Part shown: piece by piece, positions 54,749 through 64,000 of the stretch
How positions within the stretch are numbered: position 1 is the stretch's first letter
Layout: each line of letters opens with the position of its first letter
Assembly: GCA_964444495.1 (NCBI GenBank)
Contig: CAYUHN010000001.1
Location: forward strand, 1,834 to 65,833
DNA length: 64,000 nt
Source of the DNA: an uncultured Roseibacillus sp.
Lineage (GTDB): Bacteria > Verrucomicrobiota > Verrucomicrobiia > Verrucomicrobiales > Akkermansiaceae
Reading direction: 5' to 3'
Notes under the pieces: model-generated
The model's database searches: none
What the model saw: only the letters and a program-made list of their open reading frames with translations
What the model was told of the DNA's origin: nothing
Made by a program: the position numbers and the translations under genes

Positions 54749-55270
54749 ATGCCTCAAGACAACAAAGCGTTCGAAGAAACGCGTGAGAACTTTATCTCTC
54801 AGTGGGGGGTGATGGGCACTCAATGGGGTATCAATCGAACGATGGCTCAGATTCACGCGCTTTTGATGACTTCAGTGGAACCACTGAGTACGGATGAGGT
54901 CATGGCTGCGCTTGATGTGAGTCGGGGGAACGCTCATACGAACCTCAAAGAACTCGTAAGCTGGGGACTACTACGCATCATTACTAAGAAGGGGGAGCGC
55001 AAAGAATACTTTGAGGCGGAAAAGGATGTTTGGGAAATGTTTCGTCGCATCACTCAGGAGCGTAAGCGCCGTGAAATTGATCCGGCTTTAGCGGTTCTGA
55101 CTCGATGCAAAGAAGAATCTGAGGGTCTCGATACCGAAGAAGCAAAAGCCTTTCATCAACAGATGAAAGAATTAGAAGAGTTTGTTTCCTTCGCGGGTAA
55201 AATGAGCGACCGCGCCGCGAACCTAGGGCATAGCAAAGCGATTCAGATTGCAATGAAGTTTCTGGGGTAA
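54749..55270 (+). CDS. GbsR/MarR-family winged-helix transcriptional regulator
   Basis: FISQWGVMGTQWGINRTMAQIHALLMTSVEPLSTDEVMAALDVSRGNAHTNLKELVSWGLLRIITKKGERKEYFEAE matches the GbsR-type wHTH pattern. Confidence 0.72.
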   Translation: MPQDNKAFEETRENFISQWGVMGTQWGINRTMAQIHALLMTSVEPLSTDEVMAALDVSRGNAHTNLKELVSWGLLRIITKKGERKEYFEAEKDVWEMFRRITQERKRREIDPALAVLTRCKEESEGLDTEEAKAFHQQMKELEEFVSFAGKMSDRAANLGHSKAIQIAMKFLG

Positions 55271-55320
55271 GCTGAGGTGCTCCACCACAAGATCTGAATC
55301 CACAATAAAACTCAAACTAC

Positions 55321-55659
55321 TCAACCTCGTAACGACATACGAGTAAAATGGGTCGTGCCAAGCGTGGTGAGGGGAGTTGTTGATCTTAATTTGATCTTAA
55401 GCATTCCGCTGGAGAGCTCTTCTTGTTCCAAAAGTTCGAAGCCTCCTACTCCTTGTGTGGATTGCCAGTTAGTTAAGTCTGCGCTGCTTTCGAAGCGATA
55501 CTCTACATTCTGAGCGAGGGGGGTTATGTCGAATTCGACGACTAAATAGTCTTCTTCTGGATTCTCGTCGGGAAGGGTTTGAGAGCTTATCCCAATATTT
55601 GGGATACCCGGTTTCCTTGAACAGAAAGTGCGCCGTTGATTTCGATGGGTGTTAAGCAC
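55321..55659 (-). CDS. short ORF resembling only a C-terminal beta-sandwich-like domain (possible gene remnant)
   Basis: 112 aa with an implausible basic N-terminus (MLNTHRNQRRTFCSRKPG). SSADLTNWQS...LKIKLRS resembles the tail region (TDLQSWNEL...FFRLKG) of the upstream 577-aa protein. Confidence 0.3.
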   Translation of the reverse strand: MLNTHRNQRRTFCSRKPGIPNIGISSQTLPDENPEEDYLVVEFDITPLAQNVEYRFESSADLTNWQSTQGVGGFELLEQEELSSGMLKIKLRSTTPLTTLGTTHFTRMSLRG

Positions 55660-55723
55660 TCCTGAGCTTATAGCGTCACATTTTCAGCGTGACCGTAGTA
55701 AATTTGTGTTGGTCGTTCAAATA

Positions 55724-57457
55724 CTATTCGACAGGATTTTCGAAGATACCAAATTCGGAGACGGCATCGAAAACAAAGTCTCCGAAAGGGGTTGATACGA
55801 CTTGGGTGGTGAGGCGGTGATAGCGTTCGATGAGTGGAGGGGATTCGTCGAATTTGTGGGAGTCGAAGTAGAGGCGAAGTCTCAGAGTTTCCGGAAGAGT
55901 TTCTCCTTCCATAGTGAGCACTCCTTCATATGGGCCAGTAACGTCGTAGGTGATGTTTTGAAGGAGGTGAGTTCCTCCGAGATCTGTTGCGGCGCCATTC
56001 ACTCCTGTGGGCTCACCAAACAGAATCCCGGTTGGCTCGGCTTCTGAAAAAAGCACATCAAAGACGTTGAGGACAATGTTGGCATCATCGGTGTCTGTGT
56101 CGGCTCCTCTAAATCCAATGGTCTCACCAAGGTAAGTGTCGGCAAAGGCTTCAGAGGGCCATACCGGGTAGGTCACCACCGCTCCTTTAAGGCGAAAGAA
56201 GGCTTGATCATTGTTGGCAAGAATTTGTTCGAAATCGAAGGAGGGGGCTTCCGTAGCGTTGATGGGGTGGGAGAGTTGAGCTAATTCATTCCAAGATTGA
56301 AGGTCGGTTGAACCAGTTAGGATGGCCGTTTCACCTGGGGAGAGGCCAGACTCGATGCGAGGGGGGGTGGCGGAGTCATTGATTGTGAGATCAACATCGA
56401 TTTCTCGAATGGAGGGGAAGCTGGCGATTGCGGGATTCGTGGCTAAATAGATTAGAGGATTGAAGCTGATTGAGTTATTAACAAACTGAATATCAATTAC
56501 CTGGGCAGCTTCTCCGTCGACGAGTAGTTGAACAACAGTGTTGCCTCCATTGACTGCTCCTACCGAGGAGTCAAAAAAGTTGTTTTCGATTGTTCCAAGG
56601 TGAGTGTGTCGGCCTCGGAAATTGGGATTGCCGAGTAGTCCAGTGAGGATGACTTCACCGTTTCCCGTGTTCGGAGAAGAGAGGCTAGTGTTGGCGAAAG
56701 CCACTGCGAAACGGTTGTTATTCAGAACAGTTCCGAATTGATTGGCGAACTGATTGCCCCATGGTCCAGTGAACGAATTAAAAGGATCGCTAATAGTGAT
56801 ATCCACCATTTCGTTTTGTATTAACCAACCTAAGGCGGAGAGGTCGGTGCCGTTTGGACCTATTAAGGAAGCAACAGGGAAATTGCCGCCGATATGCTCA
56901 ACATTATTTCCATCGTAGAAAGCTTCTTCGGTGATCGTTTGCTCGAGTTCGTTGACGTAGGATAGGCTACTATCGATTGTGAGAAAAAATCCTGAATTTG
57001 AGGGAGAACTATTTTGGAAGGAGAAATGAGGGTTGTCGGATTCCCAGCGAGGGCCATCTGCGGTGAAGGTCGCTAGTAAAACTCCTCCGCCAGAGCCAAT
57101 TCCAGTGTTCGGCGTGATCAGTTGAAGAGTCGTGGGATTGAGAGGGTCATCAGCAAGCATTTCAAATTCTATCGATTGAGGGATGAATCGGTTTCCGTCT
57201 TCATCGGCCAAAAGATAGTTTCCTCTCGGAGTGAGTGGGTTTTGGCTAACGTAAAAGCTTACTTCAGGGCGTGCGAGGAGCATGAAGGCCGATACGCTTC
57301 GAGGAGCGTGCTCTTCATTGAGCCTAATAGCGAAACGGGCTTCTGGGAAGCCGCCGCTCTGGAACTGAACCGTTACGATCGCATGGACATTTTGAGCTAG
57401 AGAATGCCCTGCTGATAACAGGAAGAGGAAAGTTGTGAAAAATTGGAAAAATTTCAT
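55724..57457 (-). CDS. secreted hypothetical protein (577 aa)
   Basis: Signal peptide MKFFQFFTTFLFLLSAGHSLAQ. Long ORF with ordinary composition and no secure motif. Confidence 0.62.
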   Translation of the reverse strand: MKFFQFFTTFLFLLSAGHSLAQNVHAIVTVQFQSGGFPEARFAIRLNEEHAPRSVSAFMLLARPEVSFYVSQNPLTPRGNYLLADEDGNRFIPQSIEFEMLADDPLNPTTLQLITPNTGIGSGGGVLLATFTADGPRWESDNPHFSFQNSSPSNSGFFLTIDSSLSYVNELEQTITEEAFYDGNNVEHIGGNFPVASLIGPNGTDLSALGWLIQNEMVDITISDPFNSFTGPWGNQFANQFGTVLNNNRFAVAFANTSLSSPNTGNGEVILTGLLGNPNFRGRHTHLGTIENNFFDSSVGAVNGGNTVVQLLVDGEAAQVIDIQFVNNSISFNPLIYLATNPAIASFPSIREIDVDLTINDSATPPRIESGLSPGETAILTGSTDLQSWNELAQLSHPINATEAPSFDFEQILANNDQAFFRLKGAVVTYPVWPSEAFADTYLGETIGFRGADTDTDDANIVLNVFDVLFSEAEPTGILFGEPTGVNGAATDLGGTHLLQNITYDVTGPYEGVLTMEGETLPETLRLRLYFDSHKFDESPPLIERYHRLTTQVVSTPFGDFVFDAVSEFGIFENPVE

Positions 57458-57585
57458 TTAACGTCTGAAAGCCTATCGCGGGAGGTTATGAAAGTCGACG
57501 GGAGATTCCCAACTGAGGAAGAAAAAGCGCTCTGCCGCAGAGTCGCGACTTGCCTGTGAAAGCGTTGCTTGGCTAGCTCAAGGCG

Positions 57586-58386
57586 ATGAAGGCTTCAGAG
57601 GATATAGAGGTGTCAGAAGAATCAGCTGCGATTAAAGCAAAAGCCAATGAGCAGGGATGGGCTTTGTTTGATCTCGATCAAACTCTTGTGCCCTATGATT
57701 TACAGCTTCTTTTTTGTGATTTCGTTTTGAAGCGTGAGGGATGGAGGCGGGTGTTATTGCTTCCGTTTGTAGCAACTCTTCCTCTGGCAAAAGTCCTTGG
57801 TTCTGAGGCGATGAAGCGGACCTTTCTTTGCTTACTCTGGCGAATGCCGCGCGAGGAGTTGGAAACTTTGGGAGAGGAATTTGCTGAAATGGTGGTGACT
57901 GAATATACTTATCCGGATGTTTTGGCCGAATGTGAGCGTCACGGGAGAGAAGGAAGAGAGCGTATTCTCGTCTCGGCGAGCCCAGAAGTTTATGTGGCTC
58001 CGATTGGACGTCGTTATGGTTTTGAGAAGAGCTTTGGAACCGTGATTTCCTTCGTCAATGGAAAGGGGAAAGAGCTGTCCTATGTCCCTTGGCGTCCTCG
58101 CTTTGAGGGAGGAAATAATAAAGGCGCTCGTAAAGTTGAGCGCCTGGAAGAGGAATTGTCGTTGAGCCAACCTTATCCAAACAGTGAAGGGTATTCGGAT
58201 AGCAAAGTTGATTTACCCATGTTGGAAGGTTGCCAGCGAGTGGTCGCTATTCATCCCGAAGGGGAATACGCGTCTCGAGTAGAAGCAGAAGGATGGCGTA
58301 TTTTACGACCTAAAAAACCTTGGGAAGATCGAAGGCAGTTTGCTGGAGACTGCCTTCTGATGTTATTAGGAGTATTTCGATCCTAG
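57586..58386 (+). CDS. HAD-superfamily (subfamily IB-like) hydrolase
   Basis: ALFDLDQTLVPYD (DxDxT motif I), LVSASPEV (motif II), and GYSDSKVDLPML (motif IV-like). Confidence 0.72.
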   Translation: MKASEDIEVSEESAAIKAKANEQGWALFDLDQTLVPYDLQLLFCDFVLKREGWRRVLLLPFVATLPLAKVLGSEAMKRTFLCLLWRMPREELETLGEEFAEMVVTEYTYPDVLAECERHGREGRERILVSASPEVYVAPIGRRYGFEKSFGTVISFVNGKGKELSYVPWRPRFEGGNNKGARKVERLEEELSLSQPYPNSEGYSDSKVDLPMLEGCQRVVAIHPEGEYASRVEAEGWRILRPKKPWEDRRQFAGDCLLMLLGVFRS

Positions 58387-58390
58387 GCAG

Positions 58391-59338
58391 CTATTTCTTT
58401 TCGTCCTTCTTCTCCTCGGCTACTGGCTCAGGTTCAGCCGTAGCGTATTTGAGGTATTCGCGATACTTGCTAGGTAATTTTTCACCGTTGGTGTGAACTT
58501 GTTCCCAGACGGTAACAAGAGCTGCAGCTTCTCCAAGGAGAGCGTTTCCTGGGGAATTGGGTTCCTCGGCTGGAGTGCCGTGCACTCGACGAGCCTCTAC
58601 TACGATGGGATATGTCTCAAAAATTTCGAAACAAGCCATGACCGCGTTTTTGGTTTGAACGAGGTCGCTGCCTGCATTTGATACAATGGCACGATTGAAC
58701 TCAACGAGAGCATCTTCGTATTTCTCCTCGCCCTTGTAACCGAGGCCGAGAAGGTAAGAGATTTCGGCTCGGAGAGGAGGAGAAAGTTTCTTGTCTACCC
58801 AGCCTTTTGCTAAATTGGTGAGACGGGACCAGCTCTTTGCTTCGACTGCTTCATAGCATTCGCCGATACGGTATTTTTCTTTATCAGATTCGAGTAGCAG
58901 AGGCTCTGGTTGGAATTGGCGTCTTAACTCAGCAAGTTTGGTGTAGTTTCCGAGCTTACGAGCGCACTCCATTTCATAAAAACCTGCTAGGGTGGAGTAA
59001 TTGCCAGGAACATCTTCGCTGAATTCGTATTTTTCACGAGTTTTGGTGAATTCTGCCAAAGCGTCTTCAAAACGACCATTCTCATAAAGAGCTTCCGCGA
59101 TAGCAAATTCCTTTGGCTTGAGAAATTTGATAGTGATGGAATTGAGGCGAGTATCGATTCGATTGGTGGAGCGCTCACTTCTTCGGTAGCGCACGGTTTT
59201 TTCGCTAGCAGCTTCGACAAAAACAGTTTCTTTCTCACCATCACGGTCAAAGACGTACGCGGGAGCGAGAGTCTGTGCAGAGAGAGAAGAGGCGAGAGAG
59301 AGCGAGCCAAGGAGTGAAATGATGGTTATGGCTTTCAT
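58391..59338 (-). CDS. secreted helical-repeat (TPR-like) protein
   Basis: Signal peptide MKAITIISLLGSLSLASSLSAQ. Helical repeat-like sequence (EALYENGRFEDALAEF, LGLGYKGEEKYEDALVEF) and a Lys/Glu-rich tail. It is the last gene of the exbBDD cluster. Confidence 0.62.
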   Translation of the reverse strand: MKAITIISLLGSLSLASSLSAQTLAPAYVFDRDGEKETVFVEAASEKTVRYRRSERSTNRIDTRLNSITIKFLKPKEFAIAEALYENGRFEDALAEFTKTREKYEFSEDVPGNYSTLAGFYEMECARKLGNYTKLAELRRQFQPEPLLLESDKEKYRIGECYEAVEAKSWSRLTNLAKGWVDKKLSPPLRAEISYLLGLGYKGEEKYEDALVEFNRAIVSNAGSDLVQTKNAVMACFEIFETYPIVVEARRVHGTPAEEPNSPGNALLGEAAALVTVWEQVHTNGEKLPSKYREYLKYATAEPEPVAEEKKDEKK

Positions 59339-59386
59339 GGAAAATTAAAGTTGTGGGAGGTTAGGTTTCTAAGCGAGGAAGTAAGA

Positions 59387-62300
59387 TTATTCTGCAGCAG
59401 CTTTAACATCAGGATGGGCCTTGTAGCGGGCTACCATTTCAATCAGTTCACGTAGGACTTCTTTGGTGTCTTCTGGAACGTTCGGGTTACTGAGGAAATT
59501 CCGGGTTCGACTGTTGAAACCAGCTCCATAATCGTAGGCGAATTGCCTATCAGCTGGAGTCTTACCACCGCCCTTTTGGTTTCGAGTCCAGAGGATTTCA
59601 AGCATACGTTTCACAGAAGGGGCAGAGACAATGGCGTTTCCTTCATAAGCACTAGCGACTTGAAGGTAGGCGATGTAGGCATCTTCAGATTCTCCTAATT
59701 GGTCATGAGCGAAAGCCTTCAAATAGGCCACTCGGTCATCGTATTGACGAAAGTTGAGGTTGTTTGCATCGTTTTCGTCTTGGTTCACTGCTGGATTGAG
59801 ATACTCGGATGCTTGCGTTTTCACTTCGTCCCAAGCTTCCATCGAGGTGAGAATTTCCACTACGCGGTAGAGTCCCTGTTCTTTTTGAGAATTCTCTTCG
59901 GAATTGGCGTAAATTGCGAGGAGTTCATCAACTGCTTTACGTTGTTCTTTTTCGTTGGAAGAGCGTCCATAGACATCAGCGAGACCAAAGCGAGCATCAA
60001 AGCGGTAAGAGACATCTGGCCGGCCCAAGACTTCCTGATAGTAGGGGGCTGCTTCTTTAGGAGAGCTAGTTTTTTCGCGAAGATAGTCTCCTACGCTTAC
60101 CAGAATGTAGTTCGAGAGACTTGGGAGGTCGAAGTCTTCGCGAAGGTCAGTGAAGAGAACCTTCACATTGGAACGAGCTTTACGCACTTCTGCTTCATTC
60201 TCGTCCGTCTGTTCCTGATTGGCTCTTTCCTCATAGACTCCAATTAAGGCAATGCGGAGAAGAGCCTGAGCAGCTCGGTCTTGTGGCGAGATATCCGGGA
60301 AATTGTAGTAGAGTTCCTTGAGCTCTTCTTCACTGTGAGATTCGAGGTAGAACTCGGTAAAGGAGTTGATAGCTCCTTCCAATCCAGGTGCTCCTGGAAG
60401 CTTTGCGAGGCGGGAGATGACTCCTTGAAGATTGGCAATACCTTCATCGGTGCGATTGGCTTTCTTAAGAGCTGGCATAGCAGAAACCGCGACTTCCGCT
60501 TGGTGACGACTCTCGGCGCCATATTCTTCCCAGAACTTATCGTAGTAAGGCAGAGCTTCTGCAGATAATTCTCCCTCTTGAGGGGCGAGAAGGGCGATAA
60601 GAGAGAACAGAGACTCTCCCGCAATTTCGTCGTTGTCTTTCTGTTCGGCAATAGCGAGCCCCTTCTCGTAGTATTCACGAGCTTCAGCATCTTTGTCGAG
60701 ACCAGCGAGGACGTTCCCTTTCAGGTTGTAGACTTGTTCGATGTTATCGGGATTCTGGAATTCGGCTTCAATTCGGTTGAGACGAATCAGAGCTTCTTCA
60801 TATTCGTTTTGAGCATAGAAGCAGGTTGCTCGATCAAAGAGAGCAAAAGGGAGATAGACGTTGTCTTGAGGATTGGGGTAATCGTTGATGAACCGATCCA
60901 TGGCGATTCCGCCTCGCACATATTCTTCAAGAAAGACAAGATTAGCGGCTCCAAAGTAAGAGGTTGCGACTTTGAACTCACTGTCAGGATACATCTCCTT
61001 GTGCCTTTTGAGAGGCTCCGATGCTTCGTCAAATCTTCCGAGATTGAAAAGGCTTCCTCCTAAGACATGGAGGCAGATATCGTGTGGCTCGGTGTTTTCA
61101 CTAAGCTGAGGCTCCATATCGGTAGCGATTTCGAGGCAGGTTTCGTATTCTCCATCATAGAAGAGTCCTGAGAGCATGAGTCTACGAACGTCATTTTCGA
61201 ATTGCCCTCCTGGGTAAGTATCAAGGTAGCGTTGACCGTACTTCTCGGTCTCATGAATACGGCCAATTAGGGATGCGGTATAGGCTAGGTGATAAAGGAA
61301 GACCTCACGTTGTTCCTGAGGCGCATTATCGTGATAGCCCTCAAGAAGGTCAAAAGCGGCGTAGGCTCCTCGAATATTACCTTTCTGAAGGTGGACGATA
61401 CCCGTGTTTAAGAGGATAGAGATCTCGACGCTCCCACCTCTGCCATCGCGCTCTTCGATGGATTCAAGAAATGTTTTGGTTGTCGTCCGGTTTAATATCT
61501 GGCTCCCATCATTAGTGACTTGTTCAAAGGCTCCCAGTTGCGAAAGCAAAGCCTTAGTACTTTCAGTGGCTGTGATGGAATCGGGGACAAGAGAAAAAAG
61601 ACTAAAGGCGGTGGGGTGCATTTCGGTTTCCATCGCTGCACCAGCAAGATTGAGGTAGATGCCAAGGTAAGGCTCCACTTCCCACGGTTCGAAGAGGACA
61701 TCGGCGCGGTGTTTTTTGAGGAAGTTCGCGATGGCTTTTTGATCCTTATTTTCAATGGCTTTGTTGCAGAAAGCTTGAAATCCCGCAACGATTGCATTTG
61801 GAGGGGTAGGATACTCGTCTTTGAACTTGAGTGCTCGCTCAAAGGGTTCCATCCCGGCGGCAAGTTTTCCACTATTGAAGTAGCAGATGGCCATGTTGAC
61901 ATTGAGAGGGCCTGGCTCGAATTTGTCGACAGGGTCATCTTTGTCATATTCTGCGAGGAACTGCTTAAAGTATTTGATGGCTTGTTCCCAGTCTTCAGCT
62001 CCTTTTGAGGCTTCGCCTAGACGTAATAAAGCCTGATTGTAGAAGATGTTTTTGCTCTTAGCTCCGTCTGCGTTTTTGTATTTGCGGCAACCTTCAAAGC
62101 ATTTGGTCGCTTCTCCGTATTTCTCGAGCTTGAGGTTACTATAGCCCTGCCAATACCAGAAGTATCCGAATTCAGGGCCGTAAAGAGCATCGGCGCGCTT
62201 ATCGTAATTGTCAGTGGCCGCTTTCAGTAAACCAAGAGCTTCGTTCCACTTAGCGGCACCAGCGGGCATACCAGCACTTTCCGCAGCCTTCATGGCCGCA

Positions 62301-62404
62301 TTGGCATTGTTGAAGAGTTCTCCAATGGTCTGGCCCGAGATTGGAAGCCAGCTCAAGGTTAAGATGAGAAAGACTTGTAGAGTACGACGCAGGGTGGTTT
62401 TCAT
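59387..62404 (-). CDS. large secreted TPR-repeat protein (1005 aa)
   Basis: Signal peptide, and many TPR-like units (WQGYSNLKLEKYGEATKCFE, YNQALLRLGEASKGAEDWEQAIKYFKQ, CFYAQNEYEEALIRLNR, and others). Confidence 0.8.
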   Translation of the reverse strand: MKTTLRRTLQVFLILTLSWLPISGQTIGELFNNANAAMKAAESAGMPAGAAKWNEALGLLKAATDNYDKRADALYGPEFGYFWYWQGYSNLKLEKYGEATKCFEGCRKYKNADGAKSKNIFYNQALLRLGEASKGAEDWEQAIKYFKQFLAEYDKDDPVDKFEPGPLNVNMAICYFNSGKLAAGMEPFERALKFKDEYPTPPNAIVAGFQAFCNKAIENKDQKAIANFLKKHRADVLFEPWEVEPYLGIYLNLAGAAMETEMHPTAFSLFSLVPDSITATESTKALLSQLGAFEQVTNDGSQILNRTTTKTFLESIEERDGRGGSVEISILLNTGIVHLQKGNIRGAYAAFDLLEGYHDNAPQEQREVFLYHLAYTASLIGRIHETEKYGQRYLDTYPGGQFENDVRRLMLSGLFYDGEYETCLEIATDMEPQLSENTEPHDICLHVLGGSLFNLGRFDEASEPLKRHKEMYPDSEFKVATSYFGAANLVFLEEYVRGGIAMDRFINDYPNPQDNVYLPFALFDRATCFYAQNEYEEALIRLNRIEAEFQNPDNIEQVYNLKGNVLAGLDKDAEAREYYEKGLAIAEQKDNDEIAGESLFSLIALLAPQEGELSAEALPYYDKFWEEYGAESRHQAEVAVSAMPALKKANRTDEGIANLQGVISRLAKLPGAPGLEGAINSFTEFYLESHSEEELKELYYNFPDISPQDRAAQALLRIALIGVYEERANQEQTDENEAEVRKARSNVKVLFTDLREDFDLPSLSNYILVSVGDYLREKTSSPKEAAPYYQEVLGRPDVSYRFDARFGLADVYGRSSNEKEQRKAVDELLAIYANSEENSQKEQGLYRVVEILTSMEAWDEVKTQASEYLNPAVNQDENDANNLNFRQYDDRVAYLKAFAHDQLGESEDAYIAYLQVASAYEGNAIVSAPSVKRMLEILWTRNQKGGGKTPADRQFAYDYGAGFNSRTRNFLSNPNVPEDTKEVLRELIEMVARYKAHPDVKAAAE

Positions 62405-62532
62405 AGCGAAATTTGAGCGGGATATGTTTCTAGGTAATTAGAAGAGAGAAAGATTATTTTATTTCCTAAGTAACCGATTCCAATGTCAAAAAGCTTTAGA
62501 ATAGGGAGGATTAGGAGATGGCTAGGATGGAC

Positions 62533-63009
62533 CTAGTTATTTGTAAGATCCGTGAAAGCCACGTTCTTAATTGCGTGCTTGCGCAGACAGTTGATGACAT
62601 CAACCGTTCGCTGATAGCTAGCGTCACCTTCAATATAAAGCTGGACGACAGGGTCTTTGCCTGAGACGGCGAAACCTGTTTTGTAGGAGTCTACGCGTTG
62701 GTCAAGAAGAGGGACATTACGAACATTGGGATCACTCGGATCATTTCGATCAAGGGCTTGTTCGGAGCTTCCCGTGCCGGTATAAATCACATCATCCCCG
62801 GCCACTCGGATAAACATCGGTTTGATGTCTGATGGTGTCTCTGAAGGTTCACTTGAAGGAATGCTCATTGTTGAGTCCATTTCGCTACGTTGTAGTGTGG
62901 TAGTCACCAAGAAATAGATAAGAAGAAGAAAGCAGATATCGATGAGAGATGAGATCTCTAAACCGGGTTCATCTTGTTCGAGTCCTGTTGCTCGTTTATG
63001 TCGTGCCAT
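62533..63009 (-). CDS. exbD: ExbD/TolR family biopolymer transport protein
   Basis: ISSLIDICFLLLIYFLVTTTL is the single TM helix with its conserved Asp. The periplasmic domain ends in a LYIEGDASYQRTVDVINCLR-type block. Confidence 0.87.
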   Translation of the reverse strand: MARHKRATGLEQDEPGLEISSLIDICFLLLIYFLVTTTLQRSEMDSTMSIPSSEPSETPSDIKPMFIRVAGDDVIYTGTGSSEQALDRNDPSDPNVRNVPLLDQRVDSYKTGFAVSGKDPVVQLYIEGDASYQRTVDVINCLRKHAIKNVAFTDLTNN

Positions 63010-63039
63010 GGGAAGAGGAAGTTTGTTCTAAAAGGAGAT

Positions 63040-63549
63040 TTACTTGTAGGCTTTGGTCGTGCCGTAACTGACAAAAACAACATTGCTTACTCCGGCTTCT
63101 GCAGCGATGCCGATGATGCGGCGCACGTGTTTGAATTGGGTCCCTCGATGTCCTCGAAGGTGAAGCTGAGGAGTGACCGTAGCATCCATTTCTCTTGCTG
63201 TTGTAGTGATGAAATCGGAAATAGCAGCGTCGTCATACAACCAATCATCTTCTTTGCCGCCAACTTTGCTATAACGAGCTTTTGGTATTTTGGTTGGGTC
63301 ATCATAATCTGCTTCGTTTGCAGGGTAGTTATAGACATTGACAACAATTCGGTTAATAGAATTCTCTTGGACCTCGGCTGACTCTGCTACAGGAACTTCG
63401 ACTCGCTTATCCATTTCAATGACCTTGAGGTTTGCGGTCACGATGAAAAAGATGAGCAGAAGAAAAACCATGTCGATCATGGGCGACATATCGACCTTGA
63501 GGTCTTCATCTGAGCCCCGCAGCTGGGAGCGAAGTTTGGAAGTAGCCAT
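63040..63549 (-). CDS. exbD: ExbD/TolR family biopolymer transport protein (second copy)
   Basis: VDMSPMIDMVFLLLIFFIVTANL TM helix with Asp, and LHLRGHRGTQFKHVRRIIGIAAEAGVSNVVF. Confidence 0.87.
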   Translation of the reverse strand: MATSKLRSQLRGSDEDLKVDMSPMIDMVFLLLIFFIVTANLKVIEMDKRVEVPVAESAEVQENSINRIVVNVYNYPANEADYDDPTKIPKARYSKVGGKEDDWLYDDAAISDFITTTAREMDATVTPQLHLRGHRGTQFKHVRRIIGIAAEAGVSNVVFVSYGTTKAYK

Positions 63550-63638
63550 TAGAGAAGTCTTTAAAAATAGGTAAAGTAAGGTTTGCAGGCTACGGTTTTA
63601 CAGCCGTGAGCCTGTTAAGAAGGGCCGTAAGAAAGGGG

Positions 63639-64000
63639 CTATACCGCAACTCCTTCAGGAATCTTCATGAGATAAGCATCTGCATTGATAGTTTGAAGAG
63701 AGGCGTTCAGCATTTCTTCACCAGTGCGATGGGCTTCTGAAACAAGGTTGTTGAGTTTGTTCTTGAAGAAGAAGTAGAAGAGAAGTGCTGGGATAGCGGT
63801 GATAAGTCCCCACATTGTAGTTAGGAGAGCTACGGAAATTTGTCCAGCTAGTACCGAAGGCTCGGCTTCTCCAGTTTCTCCAAGAACGTCGAAGGCGCTG
63901 ACCATACCAATAACAGTACCAAGAAGACCAAGCATAGGAGCAGCTTGAGCAACGAGAGAAATGTAGTTGATCCAAGTCATGTTCTTACGGGCTTCATTGA
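63639..64000 (-). CDS. exbB: MotA/TolQ/ExbB proton-channel protein, 5' end outside the window
   Basis: APMLGLLGTVIGMVSAFDVL and LLTTMWGLITAIPALLFYFFFKNKL are the conserved TM2/TM3 blocks. The frame stays open to the window edge (…NEARKNMTWINY), so the Met at 63980 is internal. Confidence 0.87.
   Translation of the reverse strand, partial: NEARKNMTWINYISLVAQAAPMLGLLGTVIGMVSAFDVLGETGEAEPSVLAGQISVALLTTMWGLITAIPALLFYFFFKNKLNNLVSEAHRTGEEMLNASLQTINADAYLMKIPEGVAV

Noticed and set aside
55724-57457. Cyclophilin-type PPIase call for the N-terminus of the 577-aa secreted protein
   Set aside because: Only a vague resemblance (HAPRSVSAFMLLA versus aPxTVxNF). The diagnostic FHRVI / QGGD blocks are absent.
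1-64000. Scan for tRNA, rRNA, CRISPR arrays, transposases, integrases and phage genes
   Set aside because: No T-loop-like GTTCRANYC in any intergenic region, no rRNA-like stretch, no spaced repeats and no recombinase motifs were seen. This is absence by eye only. tRNAscan-SE, Infernal and ISfinder searches would be the decisive checks.

Overview
A 64-kb chromosomal window of about 50% GC, densely coding, with roughly 55 protein genes. By eye I found no rRNA, tRNA, CRISPR array, transposase or integrase. The gene content points to a marine PVC / Verrucomicrobiota-like genome; this is inference only. It includes prepilin-type proteins, a PSCyt1 'planctomycete cytochrome c' domain, a PEP-CTERM tail, a Cys-type sulfatase, GH92 and many TPR or secreted proteins. 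Confident housekeeping calls are citrate synthase, fdhD, the cysJ-cysI-cysH sulfate-assimilation operon, class-3 fructose-1,6-bisphosphatase, uxaC, leuS, rdgB, metX, tatC and two ROK kinases. Other modules are a Gfo/Idh/MocA oxidoreductase, a CPBP protease, LemA with an M48 peptidase, NfeD, and an exbB-exbD-exbD motor cluster with two TPR proteins. I see no recognisable defence or mobile system. The items most worth a second look are listed here. (1) A pseudopilin operon ending in a roughly 1,100-aa GspK-like giant. (2) A TPR-AAA+ ATPase paired with a TPR-polytopic membrane protein. (3) A diverged duplication of the oxidoreductase gene in which one copy has decayed and a relic of the CPBP gene tail was carried along. 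(4) A DUF2071-like gene broken by four frameshifts, all in poly-C/G runs. (5) An extremely basic low-complexity lipoprotein. (6) An orphan PEP-CTERM tail. (7) A 44-codon entericidin-like lipoprotein gene that is missing from the ORF track. (8) An enlarged TatC. All domain calls rest on motif recognition by eye, not on database searches.
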